The notes under the pieces are model-generated. The model saw only the letters and a list, made by a program, of their open reading frames with translations, did not search any database and was not told the DNA's origin. DNA of 64,000 nucleotides from contig CAWBWI010000001.1 of NCBI GenBank assembly GCA_963792585.1, positions 64,001 through 128,000 of the forward strand. The letters are read 5' to 3'. A program made the translations under genes and the position numbers. This document shows, in pieces, positions 39,825-50,231 of the stretch. Each line of letters begins with the position of its first letter. Positions within the stretch are counted from its first letter, which is position 1. This stretch comes from Candidatus Eiseniibacteriota bacterium (GTDB lineage Bacteria; Eisenbacteria; RBG-16-71-46; CAIMUX01; VGJL01).

Positions 39825-41351
39825 TCACCGGAAGGCCGCCTTGACCCGGCCCCATGTGGTGCGCTCCACGGGCGTCGACGCGCACGGGTATGGATCGCAG
39901 GGCACACCGTCTCCCTGGTACTCCCCATCAAGATCATCACACTCCTCTGGCGTCGTGATCTCGCAGGATCGAGTGCCGTAGATGCAACAGGCTCCCAAGT
40001 GGGGATGCGTGCAGTCTTCTGTCTGGCAATCCGTACCAGACCCCATCGGATGCCCGCCGTGCGCGAGGCATTCCTCCGGCGTCAGGTAGTCACAGCTCCC
40101 GTCAGGGAAGCAGCACGCCTGCGGTGGCTGCGGGCAAGGGTTCGGGTCACAATCCGTGCCGTATCCCTGGGGTTCGCCGTTGAGCTGATCACAGACCGCT
40201 GCGGTTTCGAAGCGGCAGTCTCCATTGTCCAAGCAGCAAGCCATCGACGGCTGTGGGCAGGGGCTCGGGTCGCAGAGGACGAACATTCCATGGAAGATGC
40301 CCCCCTGCTCGAGGCAATGAGACCATTGCTCATAGATGCACGACCCATCCGGGAAGCAGCAGGCGCCATCCACGCCCATACACGGATTCGGCTCGCACGG
40401 CATGTCCATTCCCTGCCAGAAACCTCCCTGCTGCCGGCACTCATCGGCTGTCACGGCGACGCAGCGACCGTCGCCAAGGCAGCATGCGCCCAGAGGTTGT
40501 GGACAGGTATCGTGGGGATAGCAAGGGACGAAGTCTCCCTGGTAATCCCCGCCATCTTCAGCGCACTCAATGCAGTTGAGAGCCCGGCAGCGCCCATCGT
40601 GGAAGCAGCAGGCGCCCACCACCTCCACGCAGGGATTCGGGTCGCACGGGACTCCGAGGGTGAAGATGCCTCCCAAGTCGGTGCATTCCGTCTCCGGCCA
40701 AGTGATCTGGCACCGTCCATCACAGAGGCAGCAAGCACCGAAGGGGTCCATATAGATCGGGCATTGATTCGTGCCTGTCCCGTCCCAGCGCACGACCCCG
40801 AAGTTCGTGCAAAGGTCCTCTTGCGCTGGGCCGGCGTCGTCGACGAACTTGGCTTCGTTCGTGCTCGGATACGTGCGCGTGCCGAAATAGGTTCCTGGTC
40901 CCTCGATGTAGAAGACAAAGTAGTAGAAGCGGAATACATGTTCATAGACCGGTGCGCCAAGGGCGATCACGTTGCCGAATCCCCACTCTGGCCAGCCCTC
41001 ATCTCGGAGTTCGATGGGGTACGGCCCGCACGGGCCGAAGGTTTGAAAGGATTCTTGACCCGCCGGGATGTTGTGGTCGATCCCGAACTGGATCGCCGTC
41101 ACGGCAGGCGACATCTCCGGACGGAACGCGGCAAGCAGCCAGATCAACTGCGGGAACTCGAGCCCCTGTGTCCCGTTCGGGTCGAGCTCTTCGCATACGG
41201 TCGGGACCCCGGGAAGCTCGCAGTAGAAGGCCGGGGTGTAGATGACCGTGTTGTCAGCATGGACGACCATCGCGCCGTTCCAGTTACGCCCCGCATAGGC
41301 GGGGCCGCTGAGCAGCGCCAGAGTCAGGAATGCTCCGGTAAGATGCCTCAC
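39825..41351 (-). CDS. Secreted protein with seven Cys-rich xACC repeats and the WG C-terminal motif
   Basis: GTG start after AAAGGAG; signal peptide; 7 x [GMQ]ACCxxxGxC...C...G...C.P.PC; ends TPVERTTWGRVKAAFR. Confidence 0.85.
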   Translation of the reverse strand: MRHLTGAFLTLALLSGPAYAGRNWNGAMVVHADNTVIYTPAFYCELPGVPTVCEELDPNGTQGLEFPQLIWLLAAFRPEMSPAVTAIQFGIDHNIPAGQESFQTFGPCGPYPIELRDEGWPEWGFGNVIALGAPVYEHVFRFYYFVFYIEGPGTYFGTRTYPSTNEAKFVDDAGPAQEDLCTNFGVVRWDGTGTNQCPIYMDPFGACCLCDGRCQITWPETECTDLGGIFTLGVPCDPNPCVEVVGACCFHDGRCRALNCIECAEDGGDYQGDFVPCYPHDTCPQPLGACCLGDGRCVAVTADECRQQGGFWQGMDMPCEPNPCMGVDGACCFPDGSCIYEQWSHCLEQGGIFHGMFVLCDPSPCPQPSMACCLDNGDCRFETAAVCDQLNGEPQGYGTDCDPNPCPQPPQACCFPDGSCDYLTPEECLAHGGHPMGSGTDCQTEDCTHPHLGACCIYGTRSCEITTPEECDDLDGEYQGDGVPCDPYPCASTPVERTTWGRVKAAFR

Positions 41352-42029
41352 GGCCGTCGGCTCCTTTCCGGTCGGCTGATGAATCTCTCAGCGGCGGCGA
41401 ACAATCCCTCGCGAGGTCGAGACCCAGGCGTACGCGGATCCACCGCTATTTGGACGGCACGATTCTATCACCGTTCCATGCCCGTGGTTGACGAAAAATC
41501 CATCTGGGCGACCTCGTGTCCGCACTCGCCACCGGACCACCAGCTCTCGCGGGAGCCATGCTGCGCCCGGGTGTTCCGGAAGGCGAGTGAGCGTGGGGGA
41601 GTTGCGGCGAGCCGGGTATCCTTCGTGACCTCCCGTCGGCGAAGCTGCCGGAATGGATCTATGCCACGAGCCGGCGCGGACTTCCCGGTCGAAACGATCG
41701 CTGGTCTCGACCGAGAGTTGGATTTCACGCACCGCGCCTGCGCCTCTTCAGTTCTCCATCGATGGGTGGATCGTGGGCGCCGGGGCATGGTGGACGATAT
41801 GGATCCGTGCCGGGGGACTGCTGAAAGGCTCGGCCGATACCGCTGGAAAGCCGAGATTGGATTCCTGTTGCCAGGCCCAGCCGCCTCCTCGCGGCGAACC
41901 AAGCCCCATCCCCTGTCGATCTTACTTCTGCCAAGCAGCGAGGAGCCACCCTCTCGCTTGACTCTCGGTGGTATTGACGAGGAAGGTCGATGCTTCGACG
42001 GCGGATCCTGCTGTCGTACGAGGACAATC

Positions 42030-42062
42030 ATCGGGGGCGTCCCGTGTGGTGGCGCCCCCGAT
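42030..42062 (-). terminator. Hairpin terminator
   Basis: ATCGGGGGCG...CGCCCCCGAT about 30 bp after the stop of 42089..42883. Confidence 0.6.
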
Positions 42063-42088
42063 TCGTGCGCGGGGGATGCGGCCGGGTC

Positions 42089-42883
42089 CTACCGGAATGT
42101 CATCTTGACCCGACCCCAGGTGGTGTTCTTTGTCGGCGTGGGCACATCGTGCTTCACGGACGGGACCGCGAGGTACTCGTCGGGAACCTGGAGGAAGCTC
42201 GAGGCCCAGTTGGTGAATTGGTCTTTCAGGAAGTAGGTCGGCGCCTGCCAGTTCGGGACCTCCAGCCGGTAGAGGACCAGGTGTGTGCTGTCCACCGGCG
42301 CATACTCCACCCCCTGATGGCGCTTCCAGCATGGATTGCAAAGGTACGTGGCGGACGAGACGAGCTGGCCCTGCTCGTGGAACTGATCCCGCAGCCGGAC
42401 GTCTACGCCAGGCGAGGGGCCGACGACCCTGTAACACAGAAAGTGATTAATGTCGGTCGGGGGAGGTGGAGATTCAGGGTTCTGCGTCTTGCGCGCGGGG
42501 AGCAGCAGGAAGTCGAGGTACTCGACCTCGAGGGGCTGGCCGCTCCCGAATTGATTGTCGACAAGCACGCTGCGCGTGAACGGTTCGTCGGGCAAGTCCC
42601 ACCAGGTCATGTGCGCGGTCGAATCGCGCGGCGGGAACTCCTGACCCATATGGTACTTCCAGGCCGGGTTAAGAAGGCGTTCGAGCCGCGTCGTTACGAG
42701 CGGCCTATACTCCGTGTAGAACTGGTCCCTTGCTTCGAACGTGATCGGTTGGTCGAGTGGACCCGTCAAGTGGTAAGTCCAGTAGTGCGTCGGATCGATC
42801 TGCGCAGGTGCCTGAGACGGCACCAGGAGTGAAACAAACAGTACCGCAGCCCACGCAAGCCACGGCGTAGCGTTCTGCTTCAT
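42089..42883 (-). CDS. Secreted protein with an internally repeated HxxxY...DQF module and the WG C-terminal motif
   Basis: GGAGGA and ATG at 42883; signal peptide; four HxxxY/W...[DN]QF units; ends TPTKNTTWGRVKMTFR. Confidence 0.8.
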   Translation of the reverse strand: MKQNATPWLAWAAVLFVSLLVPSQAPAQIDPTHYWTYHLTGPLDQPITFEARDQFYTEYRPLVTTRLERLLNPAWKYHMGQEFPPRDSTAHMTWWDLPDEPFTRSVLVDNQFGSGQPLEVEYLDFLLLPARKTQNPESPPPPTDINHFLCYRVVGPSPGVDVRLRDQFHEQGQLVSSATYLCNPCWKRHQGVEYAPVDSTHLVLYRLEVPNWQAPTYFLKDQFTNWASSFLQVPDEYLAVPSVKHDVPTPTKNTTWGRVKMTFR

Positions 42884-43373
42884 GGGTACTTTCCTCCAAT
42901 CGCGGACCTTCCTCACCATCTAAAATCCACCAGGATTCAGTTCGGCGGCGTGCGGTTTCCCGCCTCGATGTGGCCTCTCCGCGCGGGCACGATCATCTCG
43001 GCCGGCACGATCTGTCAGGGGAGCTGGTGGGACCTACGGACGGCCTCCCCCTTCCGTGATGGAAGATGATAGGACGCGGTCGAAGAGACGTCAAGGGAAT
43101 CGCGTTGATGAATCGCGTTGATGCGCAAGTTGCTCGGCTTCAGTGAGTCGAAAAGAGATGAACCGAGGCTGCCGATATGCGCGCATGCTGCTCGGTTTAA
43201 TCCGATGTTGAGGCTCAGTCCTCTTGACGTGTCGTGCACTAATCCGCGAATTATACGACGTGGTGGACTCGGCAACGGGACGTGAGCGGTGATCACCATC
43301 TACAGCCACCGCGCCAGTCCTCGACTCGGCAAGTCATGGTGAAGCGCCCGCCCTCGTCAACAGGATCCGCAAG

Positions 43374-43778
43374 GTGGGATCCGTCCCGGGTACGACGAGA
43401 ATGCGATTCAATGGCCGAGGCCGGATCTACACGGAGTGCCGGGGGCAGATTCTTCATACGTGGTTCTGCCCATGTGTCTTCGCCTTGGATCGGGATCATC
43501 GGCTCGAGCAACTGCGCCAATCTCTGTATCAAATGGGGACGCGATGCACCGTCAAGCGGGCGTTTCCCCTGGCCGTCTCGCAGACGGATTCCACGACGAT
43601 CACCGTGCTGCAGCCGGGCGATAGGGTCGTGATCCTCGCCACGGATGACGAGTCCTGGTGCCTCGTCGAGACCGAGGACGCCATCTGGGGTTGGTTCAAG
43701 ATCCTCGACTACGACTCGGTTCTTCCCCTACGCATCCGCGCAAGTGAGGTCTTTGAGGGTCTCTCGGGGGCCGACTAG
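43374..43778 (+). pseudogene. Probable 3' fragment of a gene with an SH3-like domain
   Basis: LQPGDRVVILATDDESWCLVETEDAIWGW looks SH3-like; no SD or signal peptide; upstream frames are interrupted. Confidence 0.45.
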
Positions 43779-43970
43779 ATGGCGTGGCTTCGCGCCGGTG
43801 GGTCCGTGGGTTTCGATAATTGCGGAACCGGCCGAGCATGGGCGATGTACATCTGGGCGCGGAAGTGCAGCAGCCATGACTTCCTGAGACTGTGTTGAAT
43901 GGTGGTACACTTGCCTCCGGGGTAACGACAGACCCACGCATACGATCGCAAGCCCCGGACGGGAGGCTCC

Positions 43971-46900
43971 ATGCCGCGGAGATTCCTGCTCGATCATTGT
44001 CGGCGAACGCCTCGCGCGGCCGGCGCTTCAGTCGCTCCCATCTCACTCGCCGCTTTTCTGATCCTCCTATCGCTCTGGGCGTACGCTTCCCCAGCCAGTC
44101 CAGCCCCCGGCTGGTCGCCCGACTTCGCGCCGCCGGGCCCCGGCGGCGCCGTCCAAACTAGCATCTCTTACCAGGGCGACCTGATTGTCGGGGGGAACTT
44201 CGCATCGATGGGCGCGCTGCCGGCCCGCAACATCGCCCGCTGGGACGGCTCGACATGGCACGCATTCGGAGCAGGCGCGAACAATCGCGTCACCGCCTCG
44301 ATCATCTACAACGGGGACCTAATCGTGGCCGGCAACTTCACGTCGATCGACGGGGTTGCGGCGAACCGGATCGCGCGGTGGGACGGGTCCACCTGGTCGC
44401 CGCTGGCGGGCGGAATCGAGGGCGGCGTCACCAGCCTCGCTGTCTACGAGGGCGAGTTGTATGCCGCCGGCGACTTCCGTCACGCGGACGGGATCCAGGT
44501 CGAGAGCATCGCCCGCTGGAACGGCACGGCGTGGGCTTCGACCGGCTTCGAGCACTCGCCGTACTACTGGCATGCCGCGTTCAGCCAGCTGATCGTCCAC
44601 GCCGGAGCGCTGTTGGGGGCCTGGAGCATCGTGCCGGGAGTGGGCGAAGTGATCGAATGGGCGAGCTATCTTGCCAGCTGGGACGGACAGACGTGGACCA
44701 ACGGGTGGCCCGGTATCCTTCCGAGACCTACCTCGCTCATGCCGACCTCACTGGTCGTCCACGGCGGAGACCTGTACGCATCGGGTCTGTGGTCCGACGG
44801 ACTCGACGAGGCCTTTCACGTCGCCCGCCTGGTGAACGGCGAGTGGGAGCGAATCGGCGCTGAGTTCCCTGATCAGGACATGCTGTTGACCAGCTACCAA
44901 GGTCGGTTGCTCGTGGCGCAGGGGTCCTCCGGCGGACGGGGCCGCTCGTTCGTCTCCGAGTGGACCGGATCGGAGTGGAGGCGGCTCGCCACGGGTCCGC
45001 TTGGTCCGGTCGGCACATTCGGTCAGCATGATGGCGAGCTGATCGCAGGCGGCACGTTCGGCTTTGCGGACGGTCCGCCTGTCCGCGGTCTCGCGGGATG
45101 GAACGCCGAGCGCTGGCGCTCCTTCGGCGAGTTCCCGGGAATGGGGTGCGACGGCAATGTTCAAGCGATCGGCGCTGCCCCGGATCCCGACCACGTGGTC
45201 ATCGCCGGAGCCTTCCAATTCGCCGGCCATGTGCCGGCGGAGCAGGGCGCGATTCTCGACGACGCCGGATGGCAGGCTCTGCCCGCCTCGCAGCCCTACA
45301 CCGGTCTCTCTCGCTCCACGACGCGGATCGCGTTTCTTGGTTCCGACATCTTCGCGAACGGCAGCACCGAGTGGTGCGGCAACCACACCTGCTACGACGT
45401 CGACCGATTCCGCGATGGCGATTGGGAGCATCTGGCGCAGTTCAATGACGTGACCTTCGCGCTTCACGCTGCGGGCGGTCGGCTGTATGTCGGCGGCTCG
45501 TACTACCGCGTCGGCAACATGCCGGCCTCCAAGATCGCGGCGTGGGACGGCCACACCTGGTCATCTCTTGCGACGAGCCTGCACGGCTCGGTCCTCGACA
45601 TCACCTCCTTCAACGGCCAGATCGTCGCGGGGGGCGCATTCGACGGCACGGAGGACGGATCGACGGCGGCGCCGCGCGTGGCGCTGTGGGACGGAGCGCG
45701 CTGGAGCGGCCTCGGCGATGGCCCGGGCTATGTCGTGAACGCGGTCGTGGAACATGCGGGCGGGTTGGTCGTTGCGGGCAGCACCTCGAGGGTGGGCGAG
45801 CCGACGGTCTACCACGTCTCCCGTTGGGATGGGCACGCCTGGTCTCCGTTGGGGGACGCGCCCGACAAGTCGATCGACCGATTGGCGGTCTACCGTGGCC
45901 GCCTCATCGCGAGCGGAAGGTTCACGCACTTTGGGGTCGCGGAGGCGTCCTACCTCGCGGAGTGGAACGGTCTGGTTTGGATTCCATTCGGTGGAGGGAT
46001 CTCCGGCCGTGTGAACGGTCTCGCCGCGCGCGGGGATGACTTCTACGTCGTTGGTCAGTTCGATATGGCGGGTCAAACGCCGTCGTGGCACATCGCGCGA
46101 TGGTCGGAGACGCTCGCCGCGCCAACGGAGTTCGTCGTGGCCCCCGCCGAGAGCACCGCGACCCTCACATGGACCCTGCCCGAGGACCCCGACGTCGTCG
46201 GCCTCGTCGTGCGTTACGCGGAGGGCGACTATCCGACCGGCATCACGGCCGGCGAGGCGCTCCCCGGCGGATCTGCCGACGGTTTCTTCCCGGGCGAGCC
46301 GGGCAGCCGGTTCCAGATCGTGCATCCACAGTCCGCCGACGGCGGGACGACCTGCTATGCCGCCTACGCGATCACGGCTGACGGCTACCTTTCGACGCCG
46401 CTCTATGCGAGCTTCCACCGTGCAGACCTGACTCCGCCGAGGTTGGACGTGATGACCACGCGGGCGCCGTCGATCGGCGATTCGATCGAGGTCGCGTTGA
46501 CCTCATCGGAGCGGCTCGACTCCTCGGGCACGGCGATTCGCATGGACGGGCGAAGCCTGCCCCTGCGAACCGACGACGCGTCGGGGATGCGCTGGCGCGT
46601 GCGCATGCCGGTTCCGGAGTCGGGTGCGTCGCTGCAGCTCGATGTCTGCGGCACCGATCCCGCGGGAAACGCAACGTGCCGGACGATTCACCTCTCCGGC
46701 AAGCGGATTTTCTTCCTGGAAGGGGGGAGCCTCGTCAGTCCCGATGGGAGGCTCACGCTGGATGTGCAACCGTCGGGAGGCGGCACCGATCGGGTGATCA
46801 GCATCGTCTGGGATCCGGCCGATCCGGCCGGTGAACATGTCTACCGCATCGGCCCGGACGGGGCATCGGTCTCACGGGCACTTCTGCAATATCGCTACAC

Positions 46901-47354
46901 CGATGAGGAACTCGACGGGGCGGATCCCCGTCAAATGGTGCTCAGGCTCTTCCCACCGGATGCAACTCCCTCGTACGTCGATCCGGATCAACGGGTGGTA
47001 CGCGCATGGATCAATCGGCTAGGCGTCTGCCGTGCCGGGTTGACCGCGCATCAAGCGAGTCAGTTCCTCGACCCGGAATTCCTGCGGCTCGAGCCGCCGC
47101 GCCCCAATCCGATGTTGATGGTGGGGCAGTTCGCGTTCGAGCTTCGGGATCGCGTCGATGCCGAGGTCGCGATCTTCGATGTGACGGGTCGGCGCGTTGC
47201 GCAGCCATTCCGCGGGGTGGCAGGTCCCGGGCGGCAGGTGGTCACGTGGAACGGAAGATCGGACGATGGCCCCGACGCGCCGAGCGGGATCTTCTTCGTT
47301 CGCGTCTCGACGCCGGGCGCGCAGGCGGTCGAGCGGATCATCCGGGTGCGGTGA
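43971..47354 (+). CDS. Secreted beta-propeller (WDG repeat) protein with Fn3-like and FlgD-Ig-like domains
   Basis: GGAGG and ATG; repeated GGxF...IARWDGxxW units; ATLTWTLP; PNP...IFDVTGRRV...WNGRSDDG...SGIFF. Confidence 0.85.
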   Translation: MPRRFLLDHCRRTPRAAGASVAPISLAAFLILLSLWAYASPASPAPGWSPDFAPPGPGGAVQTSISYQGDLIVGGNFASMGALPARNIARWDGSTWHAFGAGANNRVTASIIYNGDLIVAGNFTSIDGVAANRIARWDGSTWSPLAGGIEGGVTSLAVYEGELYAAGDFRHADGIQVESIARWNGTAWASTGFEHSPYYWHAAFSQLIVHAGALLGAWSIVPGVGEVIEWASYLASWDGQTWTNGWPGILPRPTSLMPTSLVVHGGDLYASGLWSDGLDEAFHVARLVNGEWERIGAEFPDQDMLLTSYQGRLLVAQGSSGGRGRSFVSEWTGSEWRRLATGPLGPVGTFGQHDGELIAGGTFGFADGPPVRGLAGWNAERWRSFGEFPGMGCDGNVQAIGAAPDPDHVVIAGAFQFAGHVPAEQGAILDDAGWQALPASQPYTGLSRSTTRIAFLGSDIFANGSTEWCGNHTCYDVDRFRDGDWEHLAQFNDVTFALHAAGGRLYVGGSYYRVGNMPASKIAAWDGHTWSSLATSLHGSVLDITSFNGQIVAGGAFDGTEDGSTAAPRVALWDGARWSGLGDGPGYVVNAVVEHAGGLVVAGSTSRVGEPTVYHVSRWDGHAWSPLGDAPDKSIDRLAVYRGRLIASGRFTHFGVAEASYLAEWNGLVWIPFGGGISGRVNGLAARGDDFYVVGQFDMAGQTPSWHIARWSETLAAPTEFVVAPAESTATLTWTLPEDPDVVGLVVRYAEGDYPTGITAGEALPGGSADGFFPGEPGSRFQIVHPQSADGGTTCYAAYAITADGYLSTPLYASFHRADLTPPRLDVMTTRAPSIGDSIEVALTSSERLDSSGTAIRMDGRSLPLRTDDASGMRWRVRMPVPESGASLQLDVCGTDPAGNATCRTIHLSGKRIFFLEGGSLVSPDGRLTLDVQPSGGGTDRVISIVWDPADPAGEHVYRIGPDGASVSRALLQYRYTDEELDGADPRQMVLRLFPPDATPSYVDPDQRVVRAWINRLGVCRAGLTAHQASQFLDPEFLRLEPPRPNPMLMVGQFAFELRDRVDAEVAIFDVTGRRVAQPFRGVAGPGRQVVTWNGRSDDGPDAPSGIFFVRVSTPGAQAVERIIRVR

Positions 47355-47373
47355 GCGGGTAGGGGCGAGTCGG

Positions 47374-48984
47374 ATGTTCCCTCGCGGAGGGCGGGTCACC
47401 GGTCTTGCCGCTGCGGTCGCCTGTCTGGTCCTGCTGGGATCTTGTGGCGACGACAAGACCACGCATCCGGACGATGGCGACGGGACCCCCGCCGATACCA
47501 CCGGGCGCATCTTCGGTCACGTCACGGGTGGATTCGGTCCGCTCGCGGCCAGGGTCGAAGCATTGAATCCCAACACGTCTCAAAGATTCACCACGGAGAC
47601 CGATTCTTCAGGTTCCTACCAGCTCGATCTCCTGCGCGCGAACTACGAGCTCTTCGTCATCTTGCCGGACGGCCGGCGGACCCAGTGGATGCCGGACGGA
47701 CCCAACGACGCGGGCATCGGTGCACAGATCCGGATGACTTGGGAGTATCAGGACATCCAGGTGGATCCGATGTTCGGGGCCATCCACTTCCGGATTCCCA
47801 TGACGGAACAATGCGATGGATCGCCGTTCCGGATCGAGTATCGCCATCACTACGAATGGGGCTTCAACATGCCCCTTCGCCTGAACGCATACCCGCAGGG
47901 GGGATTCCTCGACGTGGTCGCGGACGGGCTCCTCCCCGGCAAGTACCAGATCGACGTCACGACTCACGGTCAGCGGTTCTTCATTCCCTACGAGCCGGCA
48001 GGGTACGGACGCTACATCCTCGTCGAACCGCAGAGCCTTGCAGGATGGGTCCATGAGGATCTTCCTCTGCCGGCGCGGATCGTCGGTCGGCTCACAGGGC
48101 CTTGGGCGGAGGTCCTTCAGGCGCTCGACATTGGGAGGCAACCCTATGTCAGCGCCCACCAGGGGCGGTGGCCGAGCTTCCGTCAGGCGGGCGTGGCCCG
48201 TGTCGGGACCGACGGACGATTCTGCCTCGATACGATGTTTCCCGACTCCATCATGCTGCGCGTGAGCGGCGAGCGGTCCGGAAGCCACTGGGTTGGTAGC
48301 TCTGAGTTGGAACGTGGAACGGTCTTCTTGCCCAGACCTGGCGAAATCCTGGATGTCGGCGACCTGCCGGGGGCGGCCCTTCTCGTCCACTTCGCGCGCG
48401 AGGACAGCCAAGCTCTCGGCAGCGTCTCTCTCGGACTTTACGGGGAGGGCGAGCGCCACGTCACCGGCGCGAGCAACGCCGACTCGATCGTGCACCCACC
48501 GGCGGGGCGGGTCGGCCTATGCCACATCCAGCCGGGGAGATATTTCCTGCGCGCGGACAGAGACTGGATCCCCGGCGACGATGCCCCCGATTGGCCGCAG
48601 CAGTGGTATCCGGGCGTCGCCGACTTCGCACACGCCGAGCCGATCGACATCACCTCCCTGGACCACATGACCGAAGTCCACTGGATTCTGAAAGTGGGGG
48701 GAACTATCCGCGGACGACTCGATCCGTCCCCGGGAAGCCCAGAGAAGAGCGCCAGGATCTACGTCGAATCGGTCGCCGAGCAGCGTTATGTTGACTCGCA
48801 GACGGTGACGACGGCGGATCCCGACTTCCTCCGCTCAGGACTGACGGACGGCTCCTATCGCGTGGTCGCAAAAGTGAGTGAGCGTCGCTACTGGTATCCC
48901 GGCACCTACAATCGTGACGAAGCGACGGTCCTCGTCATCGAGGGGCAGAACGTCATCGAGATCGGTCCTTGGCCCTGGCCGTGA
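47374..48984 (+). CDS. Lipoprotein with carboxypeptidase-regulatory-like beta-sandwich domains
   Basis: Lipobox LLGSC-GDD; GRIFGHV...TDSSGSY; QWYPGV; YWYPGT. Confidence 0.75.
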   Translation: MFPRGGRVTGLAAAVACLVLLGSCGDDKTTHPDDGDGTPADTTGRIFGHVTGGFGPLAARVEALNPNTSQRFTTETDSSGSYQLDLLRANYELFVILPDGRRTQWMPDGPNDAGIGAQIRMTWEYQDIQVDPMFGAIHFRIPMTEQCDGSPFRIEYRHHYEWGFNMPLRLNAYPQGGFLDVVADGLLPGKYQIDVTTHGQRFFIPYEPAGYGRYILVEPQSLAGWVHEDLPLPARIVGRLTGPWAEVLQALDIGRQPYVSAHQGRWPSFRQAGVARVGTDGRFCLDTMFPDSIMLRVSGERSGSHWVGSSELERGTVFLPRPGEILDVGDLPGAALLVHFAREDSQALGSVSLGLYGEGERHVTGASNADSIVHPPAGRVGLCHIQPGRYFLRADRDWIPGDDAPDWPQQWYPGVADFAHAEPIDITSLDHMTEVHWILKVGGTIRGRLDPSPGSPEKSARIYVESVAEQRYVDSQTVTTADPDFLRSGLTDGSYRVVAKVSERRYWYPGTYNRDEATVLVIEGQNVIEIGPWPWP

Positions 48985-49155
48985 TCGTAGCCTTGATCGT
49001 GATCCCAGGCTGAGCGCAGGCATGCTGACGTTTCGCGTTCGTGCTGATTCACAGGTCACGATCTTGGAAGTAAGGGGCCGACGCCGGTCGCGTCCGTCGA
49101 ACAACCGGCGGCCGCACAAGCCCGCCGGTTGCCTCGACGTCAACCTATCCGCCGA

Positions 49156-49515
49156 TCATGCTGCTTCGGGATGGTACTGAGCGCTCCCGAATCCAAGGAT
49201 CGGCCAGAAGATGAAGGACAGCAGCAGGAGCCCGATCGCGAAGCCGATGTCGTATCCGAACTTCCTGGAGAGGCGCACGTAGATGATGACCGCGACGATC
49301 ACGTTGACCAGTGGGACGAACATCAGCAGCACCCACCAGAGCGGCTTGCCGACGATCTCGAGCAACACGATGACGTTGTAGATCGGGACGATGGCGGCCC
49401 ACCCCGGTTTGCCAGCCTTCACGTACACCTTCCAGCACGATGCGATCATTAGCACGAGGAATGCTAAGTAGAGGATAGACACGATCGGATTGGCGAACCA
49501 TCCCTTGTCGAACAC
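49156..49515 (-). CDS. DUF5684-like membrane protein
   Basis: WKVYVKAGKPGWAAIVPIYN...LSRKFG...ILGFGSAQY; GGGGGAG with GTG start. Confidence 0.85.
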   Translation of the reverse strand: MFDKGWFANPIVSILYLAFLVLMIASCWKVYVKAGKPGWAAIVPIYNVIVLLEIVGKPLWWVLLMFVPLVNVIVAVIIYVRLSRKFGYDIGFAIGLLLLSFIFWPILGFGSAQYHPEAA

Positions 49516-50231
49516 ATCTCCCCCCTTGCCGGCGCGAGAGGCGTCATCGGCCCTCGCGACCCTGCTTGACGGGTCCAAACTCCCCATGACCGTGCGGAGA
49601 TCTTCTCCGCATCCCGACGGAGGCGCTTGAATTCACGCGCTCCATGAAGCCGAACTCGAACTCCACACCGAGGTTGAGGCGTGCGGACTCCGGTCTGGTG
49701 CGGGGCATGATGCTGCGGGCTGTACTCTCTTCCAGCGATGGAAGTCCGTGCCACGTCTGCGCGTAACTCAATCGCAGGCAAGGTACGAGCGCATTTGGGG
49801 GGTGTCAAGGAAGAAGCGGGGGGGCTGCCCCGGCCGGTCCGTCGAGGTCGGTGGCGGGGCGCCCAACCTGGTGCGGGCGGCAATCCGGCGCCGACCTTGC
49901 GCCAACCCCGTGCCGACGACGGCGACGACTTTGACGGTGATCTCGTGTCGGCGGTTGGGACGCTTTCGAGGGCGATCTCGTGCCAGCAATGGCGGCCATT
50001 CATATGTGGCCTCTTGTCGACGACGGGGGCGACTCGCTGGCGACCACGGTGGGGCGACGGTGGCGACCCCGCCGATCTCGACCTAGCATGCGAACCCGGC
50101 GAATCCCTATGGCGCCAGGTCGTCGTTGGTGCTAAAATCAGCCCGCGGTACGGAGAATCATAGTCTGCAATTCCAAGCCTGCTCACGCCGACTGCCTCCG
50201 TGCATGCCACTTTTGCCAAGGGGGTCCCTTG

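Noticed and set aside
41360..42030. ~670-bp intergenic stretch with several short ORFs
   Set aside because: No ORF has a convincing start or motif; it may be a decayed gene, but I cannot support that.
49095..49138. GTCGAAC-initiated hairpin considered as another attC
   Set aside because: It lacks a GTTRRRY end and L boxes; it is better explained as a terminator between convergent genes.
49600..50200. Minus-strand RLNLGVEFEFGF (beta-signal-like) and a weak sigma54-like CGGCACGGGGTTGGC
   Set aside because: There is no stop after the Phe and no barrel ORF; the -12 box deviates from TTGC.
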